Assembly: GCF_013267595.1 (NCBI RefSeq)
Contig: NZ_CP054011.1
Location: 540,147 to 572,146, forward strand
DNA from: Prevotella melaninogenica
GTDB lineage: Bacteria > Bacteroidota > Bacteroidia > Bacteroidales > Bacteroidaceae
Reading direction: 5' to 3'
DNA: 32,000 nt
This document shows, in pieces, positions 26,046 through 32,000 of the stretch; positions within the stretch are counted from its first letter, which is position 1, and every line of letters begins with the position of its first letter. A program made the position numbers and the translations under genes. The notes under the pieces were generated by a model, which was given only the letters and a program-made list of their open reading frames with translations, made no database searches and had not been told where the DNA came from.

Positions 26046-26246
26046 GATGCAAAGGTAATAAATACTTATGAAATTATGCGCTTAAGAGTATAGGCTTGGA
26101 ACTGGGTTTTAGGACTGCCCCATTTTTGTATGCCTAAAGGTACAAAAACTTTAGGAAATAGCAAAGCCCTGGCTTGAGAAAGTCGGGGCTTTGTGCATAA
26201 AAAAGAGGATGTGGACATTTTGACACACCCTCCTTGTTGTTCCAAG

Positions 26247-26319
26247 TGATTCGCATGGGGCTCGAACCCATGACCCCAACATTAAAAGTGTTGTGCTCTA
26301 CCAACTGAGCTAGCGAATC
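26247..26319 (-). tRNA. tRNA-Lys (anticodon TTT)
   Basis: 73-nt cloverleaf on the minus strand. Acceptor GATTCGC/GCGAATC. D stem GCTC/GAGC. Anticodon stem CAACA/TGTTG with loop CTTTTAA, so the anticodon is TTT. T stem ATGGG/CCCAT with loop TTCGAGC. Discriminator A. Confidence 0.9.
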
Positions 26320-26344
26320 TCCCTATGCTTTTATAAAGCGAGTG

Positions 26345-26352
26345 CAAAGGTA
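26345..26352 (-). promoter_or_regulatory. Bacteroidetes -7 promoter box for tRNA-Lys
   Basis: TACCTTTG on the minus strand, 25 nt upstream of the tRNA 5' end. Same octamer as upstream of tRNA-Arg. Confidence 0.45.
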
Positions 26353-26469
26353 ACAAGAATTTCTGATAATTCCAAATTATTTATAACTTTTCTTGTGCCT
26401 TTTTATTAATACATGGCTATTTGATGAAATCTTTTAGTGTGAGACATGATGATTTCCAGCAGGATAAGA

Positions 26470-26662
26470 GTTAACCCCAAATCGGTTATGTATAATTCTT
26501 ATTACTATAGTGTTGTTTCTAAACATCTTTTATTTTCTTATCGCCATCTTGTGTGTCTTTGTAACTTGACGTAGCCCGTTACGCCTGCGTTACAACGACA
26601 GGCAATCTGCTCGATAAGAAAACAAAAACTGTTTAGGCTCTAATGACCGATTTGGGTTAAAC
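26470..26662. repeat. ~190-bp imperfect palindromic (MITE-like or structured-RNA) element
   Basis: Outer arms GTTAACCCCAAATCGGT (26470-26486) and ACCGATTTGGGTTAAAC (26646-26662). Inner arms ...CTAAACA..TTTTCTTATCG and CGATAAGAAAA..TGTTTAG. Central TTGTAAC...GTTACAA. Confidence 0.6.
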
Positions 26663-26716
26663 TAACATAGCATGCGATACAATCTTAGTTAGAGTAGTTT
26701 ATTTTCTGTTTATTTT

Positions 26717-26968
26717 ATATTTGTAAAATATTTTGAGTTATCTCGTTATTAATATTTGCTCTTTTAGCATTCAATTAACGCCCAATAGGCTTTCAAAAGA
26801 CGCCCTTTTGAGGTCTTACTAACGCCCTTTAAGAAGCCTATTAAGCATCTTTTGAAATGCCTTGACTTAAGTTGTTGATTCCCTGTTGGTTAGACAGATG
26901 ATATTTACGTGTTTTTTTTGTCTTTATTTTAATAGGTTCATTTAGATTTATGTAAAGTCTTTTCAATG
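26717..26968 (-). repeat. ~250-bp noncoding repeat, copy Q (inverted partner of 17991-18242)
   Basis: See 17991-18242. Contains the hairpin TCAAAAG-GGCGT-CTTTTGA (minus-strand reading). In copy P this hairpin is interrupted by ~20 extra nt. Confidence 0.7.
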
Positions 26969-27178
26969 CGGTATGTATAGTTGAAGTATTTCATGATGAG
27001 ATTTTCAATGTAGGCAGATGAGAGATATAAATGGATTTATGAATGATAATTACACCATTAATTAGATCATAAAATAGCATCAGATTGAGCTCTGCATGAT
27101 GAAAATGTTAATACAAAAGTAATTCTGTGATTAACTCAAAAAGTTGCTTTTATAGTTGCTTTGTAAAAGATAAAATAC

Positions 27179-27186
27179 TATATTTG
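27179..27186 (+). promoter_or_regulatory. candidate -7 promoter box for the symporter gene
   Basis: TATATTTG, 90 nt upstream of the ATG at 27277. Confidence 0.35.
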
Positions 27187-27333
27187 TGGCGTAAGATTGA
27201 TTATTTAATCTGTTACTAAACAATCTAATGTGGTATTATCCACTAATCTATTACTAATATCTAAACTATGTAGCCGATGAATGTATTAGACTATGTAAAA
27301 GCGTTCAATGAGTTTTTGTAGAATAGTTTTCTC

Positions 27334-28629
27334 ATGTACGCATTGTTAGGAGTAGGCATTTTCTATACTGTCTACCTTGGTTTCCCACAGATTCGCCATC
27401 TAAATTTGGCGTTTAAGTATGCTTTTGGTCCAATATTCAAGAAGCGAAAGCCTGGTGAAACAAAAGTTAATTCATTCCAAGCATTAGCCACAGCTGTAGC
27501 CGCTCAAGTTGGTACTGGTAATATTGGTGGTGTGGCAACAGCTATTGCAAGTGGTGGTATGGGAGCTATTTTCTGGATGTGGGTATCTGCATTGTTAGGA
27601 ATGAGCACCATTTTCTCTGAGGCAGTACTTGCCCAGAAGTATAAGAAAGAGTATCATGGCGAGACGGTTGGAGGCTCAGCCTATTATCTTTATTATGGAC
27701 TTGGTAGTAAGTGGCTTGCTGTTTGTTTTTCTGTTGCTATTGTTCTTGCGTTGGGATTCGTTGGAAATATGGTACAAGCAAACTCTATTTCAATAGCTTT
27801 GAATAATGCTTTCCATATACCTTCTTATATTATAGGTGTTGTTTTAGCAGCTGTTGTGGGTGTAGTAATTATTGGAGGACAACGCCGAATCACCGCTATT
27901 GCCGAACTTTTAGTCCCTTTCATGGCGATTGTGTATATCTTGGGTTCGCTTGTTATCATTTATATGTTTGCAGATCAGTTGCCTCATGTTATCCGTACAA
28001 TCTTCCAGGATGCTTTCTCTATGAAGTCAGCAGCAGGTGGAGCCGCTGGTACGGTGATGAAATATGCCATTCGCTATGGTGTTGCTCGTGGTCTGTTTTC
28101 GAATGAGGCTGGTATGGGTTCAACACCTCATGCTCACGCTTTGGCTGATGTTAAAGACCCTTCTGAGCAGGGATTTATAGCTATGGCAGGTGTTTTTGTT
28201 GATACCGTTCTTATCTGTACATCAACAGCTTTTGTCATTATGCTGACAGGTTCTTTCCAAAATCTAAGCTTAAAATCGGTTGCTATTACGCAAGAAAGTT
28301 TCGAGATAGCTTTTGGAAATGGTGGAATTATCTTCCTTGCCATCAGTCTAATCTTCTTTGCTTTCACAACAATTATTGGGTGGTATATGTTTGCTGAGAT
28401 GAATATCAAGTTTATGTTTGGTAAGAAGGGCATTCTTTCTTATCGTGCACTTGTTGTTCTCTTTGTCTTTCTTGGCTGCCTCTTTGCAGCAGATATGGTA
28501 TGGGAATTGGCTGATACCTTCAATGGTCTGATGGTAATTCCTAACCTTATTGGTATTATTTTCCTTGCACCTCAGGTAAAGAAAATATACAAGAACTTCT
28601 TGGCAAACAGAAAAGAAAATAATTCTTAA
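27334..28629 (+). CDS. alanine/glycine:cation symporter (AGCS family), N-terminally interrupted
   Basis: 431-aa multi-pass membrane ORF with the AGCS-type motif GGMGAIFWMWVSALLGM. An in-frame upstream segment, ATG 27277 to TAG 27319-27321, encodes MNVLDYVKAFNEFL. This looks like the true N-terminus. Confidence 0.85.
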   Translation: MYALLGVGIFYTVYLGFPQIRHLNLAFKYAFGPIFKKRKPGETKVNSFQALATAVAAQVGTGNIGGVATAIASGGMGAIFWMWVSALLGMSTIFSEAVLAQKYKKEYHGETVGGSAYYLYYGLGSKWLAVCFSVAIVLALGFVGNMVQANSISIALNNAFHIPSYIIGVVLAAVVGVVIIGGQRRITAIAELLVPFMAIVYILGSLVIIYMFADQLPHVIRTIFQDAFSMKSAAGGAAGTVMKYAIRYGVARGLFSNEAGMGSTPHAHALADVKDPSEQGFIAMAGVFVDTVLICTSTAFVIMLTGSFQNLSLKSVAITQESFEIAFGNGGIIFLAISLIFFAFTTIIGWYMFAEMNIKFMFGKKGILSYRALVVLFVFLGCLFAADMVWELADTFNGLMVIPNLIGIIFLAPQVKKIYKNFLANRKENNS

Positions 28630-28720
28630 GCCTTTTGTCAACTTCTATTGTTATTTTCTTTTGATGTTTCTTCTTATTATGTTGAAACCAATCAATTGAA
28701 GAATAAATAGCTATTTTGAG

Positions 28721-28751
28721 CGGTGAGCTACATGTTGGTATGTGCTCACCG
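28721..28751 (+). terminator. hairpin downstream of the symporter gene
   Basis: CGGTGAGC-T-ACAT / ATGT-GCTCACCG, 12 bp with one bulge and a 6-nt loop, about 90 nt after the stop. The downstream T-tract (TTCTTAT) is weak. Confidence 0.4.
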
Positions 28752-28896
28752 TTCTTATGAATCAGGTAAGTAGTTATATAGAGAAGTTTGGAGTAAAAGA
28801 TAATAGAAGTACGAGCTTTACTGATAAAGAGAAGCAGACTTTATAGAATACGATAATACAATGCTTAATAATGATTATGTATCGATAAAGAGTCAT

Positions 28897-28962
28897 TCCG
28901 CACATAGCGTGTTGATGCTCCGCACATATTGTGTTGTTGGTTAACACCAATTGTGTTGAGCG
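28897..28962 (+). repeat. three tandem 22-bp units (degenerate), related to 8843-8886
   Basis: TCCGCACATAGCGTGTTGATGC / TCCGCACATATTGTGTTGTTGG / TTAACACCAATTGTGTTGAGCG. Units 1 and 2 match at 18/22, units 2 and 3 at 14/22 by hand count. Confidence 0.65.
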
Positions 28963-29185
28963 CTAAACATCTTGCAAAATGTCACCAAAGTAGGTTCAAC
29001 TTATTGTTATAAACAAGTTGTACTACAAAGAACTTACTTAGCCTGTTGGGTTAGTAGCTTATTTCGTAAAGTTGATAAGATAGCACTTCAAGGAGATACT
29101 ATTCTCTCTTTTATCCTATAAGAGTAGAATGATGCAGTTGAAATAAAATCAATGAATAACTTATATCTACTTAAACTAACCACTC

Positions 29186-30748
29186 TTATTTTCTTTTTTC
29201 ACCCTCCACGATTGGTTTCTGTGCATTCATTTTGTGTAATTTAGATGTGAGATGTCTGTAAAGGCGAGCAACGAGTTGAGGATGCGAAGAGGCAAGGTCG
29301 TTCTTCTCAGACAGGTCGTTTGATAGATCATATAGTTCTTTTTGACCAGTGAGATACGAATAAATCAATTTCCATTGCCCTTCACGAATGGCACAATTAA
29401 GACTGATTCCCAATCCCTCTCCATCCCAAATGTTAGGATAGTTCCATATCAGTTGTCGCTTCTTATCACCTTGTTGTTTACCACGAAGAATAGGTGTAAT
29501 GTCTTGTCCGTCTATTTTTTGTGGTACATGATAGTTCTTAATTCCAGCCATGGAGAGTAAGGTAGGGTAGAGATCCTCTATGATGATAGGTGCATGAGAG
29601 CGAGTATTTGGTTTTACAATATTATTCCATTTTACAATAAAGGGAACTCTTATACCTCCTTCATACAGAGAACCTTTACCACTCTTGAGTGGTGCATTCT
29701 GCGTGTAAAGTTCTCCATCCCGCCAATAGGATGATGAGGCGAGTCCTCCATTATCGCTCATAAAGATGATGATAGTCTCTCGCTTAAGTCCTGCCTTTGC
29801 GACCCAATCCATGAGATCTCCCAAACTTTTATCCATTCCTGCAATCAATGAAGCGTAAGCAGCTTCCTTTTCCGAAAGACCACGTGCACGATACGTAGGG
29901 TAAAAACGCATATCTCGATCGATTGGTACGTGCACAGCGTAATGAGACATATAGAGATAGAAAGGTTGGTCGTATTTTTTAGCCTTCTCTAATGATGCTA
30001 TTGCCTCTTGTGTAAGGGCTTCTGTGGCAAAGATACCAGTACCCCAATAACGTTCCAAGCCTGGGATAGCGAATGGAGATGTGGGTTTGCCATCTTTTGT
30101 AAAACCGTAGTTACGTTCGCTTAAATAGGTAGCTAATCCACCAGCTGCCGTACCTGTAATGTTCACGTCAAAGCCAAAATGGCACGGATTCTCACCCGGA
30201 GTGTCAATAGCTCCCCAGTGAGCTTTTCCGCAATGTATGGTGTGATAGCCTGCATTTTTTAGGAGTTGTACAAAGGATATTGCTTTTGTAGTATGTGCTA
30301 CATTACCGCTTTGCGCAATACCATTATAATTCCAATCAGGTAATGTTACGCCATCTCGTTTCCCATCCGTCATCTTATCGCGATGTAAAGTCCAATTTGT
30401 TACCCGATGGCGAGCCATATTCATACCTGTCATCAGACTACATCTGGAGGGCGAACTGATAGGAGTTGCATAAGCATCTGTGAACATCATCCCCTCGGAA
30501 GCAAGTCTTTCCATGTTAGGTGTATCGTATTTCCGATTATTGGCAGTAATCGAATCGGCAAAGGGAAGGGATGTGTCTTGCCATCCCATGTCGTCTACCA
30601 TGAACAGGATGATATTGGGTTGTGTATTTACTTGTTGTGCTTTGGCTGGGAGGGACACGCCAAGAACAGCTATTGATGTTGTAATCAATAGGGTCGAAGA
30701 GTGCTTTGAATTATATAAGGTATAGTTATTCATTGTTGTATCAATCAT
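29186..30748 (-). CDS. secreted sulfatase (Ser-type formylglycine site)
   Basis: 520 aa with a signal peptide. N-terminal metal-site motif FMVDDMGWQD. The sulfatase signature reads SSPSRCSLMTG, so Ser replaces Cys in C/S-x-P-x-R. Confidence 0.9.
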   Translation of the reverse strand: MIDTTMNNYTLYNSKHSSTLLITTSIAVLGVSLPAKAQQVNTQPNIILFMVDDMGWQDTSLPFADSITANNRKYDTPNMERLASEGMMFTDAYATPISSPSRCSLMTGMNMARHRVTNWTLHRDKMTDGKRDGVTLPDWNYNGIAQSGNVAHTTKAISFVQLLKNAGYHTIHCGKAHWGAIDTPGENPCHFGFDVNITGTAAGGLATYLSERNYGFTKDGKPTSPFAIPGLERYWGTGIFATEALTQEAIASLEKAKKYDQPFYLYMSHYAVHVPIDRDMRFYPTYRARGLSEKEAAYASLIAGMDKSLGDLMDWVAKAGLKRETIIIFMSDNGGLASSSYWRDGELYTQNAPLKSGKGSLYEGGIRVPFIVKWNNIVKPNTRSHAPIIIEDLYPTLLSMAGIKNYHVPQKIDGQDITPILRGKQQGDKKRQLIWNYPNIWDGEGLGISLNCAIREGQWKLIYSYLTGQKELYDLSNDLSEKNDLASSHPQLVARLYRHLTSKLHKMNAQKPIVEGEKRK

Positions 30749-30772
30749 TGATAGGGGTTTTTAGATAGAGTA

Positions 30773-30780
30773 CAAAGTTA
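30773..30780 (-). promoter_or_regulatory. candidate -7 promoter box for the sulfatase gene
   Basis: TAACTTTG on the minus strand, 25 nt upstream of the ATG at 30748 and 40 nt from the end of IS1634 copy 2. Confidence 0.35.
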
Positions 30781-30820
30781 AAAAGAAAGTTGCTAATCAC
30801 CACATAAATATGATGAAGTT

Positions 30821-32000
30821 CTTAACCCAAGTTTAACACCCACTTTCGCCTAATTGTTACTGTCACCGTACTTTTCTCGTTTTTCTTATGGGCTCTGTGT
30901 CCTACAAATTTTATTCTTTTTGAATGGTGAGTGTTTTAAGTTCAACTTATCGTATATCTGTTTTGCTTGCTTCGAAGGACTACTACATTGGCGCATCTCG
31001 ATGGTTTCACCTAATGGATTCTTCCCTTTTGTGGTGACGAGCTTTTGGGTACTCATACGTCGTACTATCTCGGTCCAGTAACAGGATTCTCCTTCTCGTT
31101 TTAATTGACAACGGATAGTGTTTACCACCCAGTAGGCTAATAAACCGAAGAAGAGGTGTGCGTCGCTTCGCTCATCTTTCTGATGATAGATAGGACGGAG
31201 GTTGAGTTCATTCTTTAGTTGTCTGTTCGTACATTCTATCTCACGAATGAGATTGTAGTATTCCCATGTCACACGCTCAGAAAGTGTCCTGACATTGCTG
31301 CGGAGGAAATAGACTCCGTGACCAGATTCCATTGCCGAGAGGTCTTTTATCTCCCAGTCTACACGCAGCATCTCCTTGAGTTTCTTCTCATTTTTTATGT
31401 AGCTTATCTGGTAGAATTTCGCTATAGAAGGGTACTTCTGTATGGCACGTCCTGTACGTTCAACAACCTTTTCATAGGTCTTTGTTCCACCTTTCTTGGA
31501 GATTCCATCGTTTATCCTCTGCAGTTCCATCTCAAAACGCTCTTTCCAAACCCTGTTCATGGACGACTCTGTCATAGCTTTCGAAGGAGATGTTATTTCG
31601 AGATAATAATCCTTATCATCCTCTGTCTTAACCTCTTTCAGCGTTATCTTTTGCCGACGGGCATCCATTACCGTAACGCTCTTATTATCATCACTGAGCG
31701 TATAGTCCTTCATTTGCGTACGGGATACGCAGAGATAATTGTAACCCTTTTTCTTTATTAACTCCAAGTTCTCTTCCGTGGCAACACCTGGATCCATGAT
31801 AACGAGCGTATCCTTGGTTCGTGATGGATTCCTCTTTGCCAGTGTATCAATCATATTGGGTAGAGACTTGGGATCTGCTGTATTACCCTCTAAGATAGAA
31901 GAATAACGTATAAAACCTTCTTTATTGATACATAATGCAAGTACAAGTAGCTTACAGTCAGAGCGTTTTTCTTTTGAACGACCGAACTTGGCTTTATCGC
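30821..32000 (-). mobile_element. IS1634-family insertion sequence, copy 2 (inverted relative to copy 1, runs off the window)
   Basis: Starts with CTTAACCCAAGTTTAACACCCACTTTCGCCTAATTGTTACTG, the reverse complement of the right end of copy 1 with a few mismatches. Confidence 0.85.
30886..32000 (-). CDS. IS1634-family transposase, copy 2 (partial; N-terminus outside the window)
   Basis: The ORF track lists 30886-31854 from an internal Met. The same frame stays open to base 32000 and keeps matching copy 1 (...AKFGRSKEKRSDCKLLVLALCINKEGFIRYSSILEGNTADPKSLPNMIDTL...). About a dozen aa differences from copy 1 over the shared part. Confidence 0.85.
   Translation of the reverse strand, partial: DKAKFGRSKEKRSDCKLLVLALCINKEGFIRYSSILEGNTADPKSLPNMIDTLAKRNPSRTKDTLVIMDPGVATEENLELIKKKGYNYLCVSRTQMKDYTLSDDNKSVTVMDARRQKITLKEVKTEDDKDYYLEITSPSKAMTESSMNRVWKERFEMELQRINDGISKKGGTKTYEKVVERTGRAIQKYPSIAKFYQISYIKNEKKLKEMLRVDWEIKDLSAMESGHGVYFLRSNVRTLSERVTWEYYNLIREIECTNRQLKNELNLRPIYHQKDERSDAHLFFGLLAYWVVNTIRCQLKREGESCYWTEIVRRMSTQKLVTTKGKNPLGETIEMRQCSSPSKQAKQIYDKLNLKHSPFKKNKICRTQSP

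Larger units (their letters stand above)
24441..26116 (-). mobile_element. ISL3-like (ISAon1-type) insertion sequence, ~1.68 kb
   Basis: ~53-bp imperfect terminal inverted repeats. 24441-24493 (AGTCCTAAAACCCAGTTGCAAGCCTATCCTCTTAAGCACACAATTTCATAAGT) matches the reverse complement of 26064-26116 with 4 mismatches by eye. Two transposase ORFs lie inside. Confidence 0.85.

Noticed and set aside
24437-26120. A search for the 8-bp target-site duplication expected for an ISL3-type element.
   Set aside because: The flanks (AATGGGTT on the left, GCCCCATT on the right) do not match. Only an ATTTTT word is shared a few nt further out, which is not convincing.
26470-26486. Similarity between the palindromic element arm (GTTAACCCCAAATCGGT) and the IS1634 terminal repeat (CTTAACCCAAGTTTAAC), which could mean an IS1634-derived MITE.
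   Set aside because: Only TTAACCC(C)AA is shared. That is too short and AT/C-simple to support a relationship without more copies.
28897-28962. Tandem 22-bp repeats considered as a small CRISPR array.
   Set aside because: The units abut with no spacers, are degenerate, and no cas genes are present.

Overview
Chromosomal window of Bacteroidales type, probably Prevotella-like. That assignment is inference only, from TAnnTTTG promoter boxes, gene content and IS types. All domain calls come from motifs read by eye, with no database search.

1) 1-8.4 kb is a conserved housekeeping block: a DUF3127-like protein with an SSB-like tail, dnaN, a DnaQ-like exonuclease, coaBC, a DUF4835 protein, recN and a secreted TPR protein. 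It ends at tRNA-Arg(UCU).

2) 8.5-24.4 kb is an accessory island. It is bracketed by an imperfect ~56-bp direct repeat of the terminator region downstream of tRNA-Arg.
- It carries a stand-alone type VI secretion module: hcp, vgrG, a 434-aa TPR-like protein, a 1429-aa rhs gene tipped with a colicin-type HNH DNase, and an immunity gene.
- Three progressively shorter orphan rhs C-terminal cassettes follow, each with a different toxin tip. Two have adjacent immunity genes. The third is cut by an IS1634-family element.

3) 24.4-32 kb holds a two-ORF ISL3/ISAon1-like IS, tRNA-Lys(UUU) and several noncoding repeat elements. It also holds an alanine:cation symporter with an in-frame stop at codon 15, a Ser-type sulfatase, and a second inverted IS1634 copy that runs off the window.

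I saw no CRISPR array, rRNA, T6SS core genes, integrase or phage structural genes.
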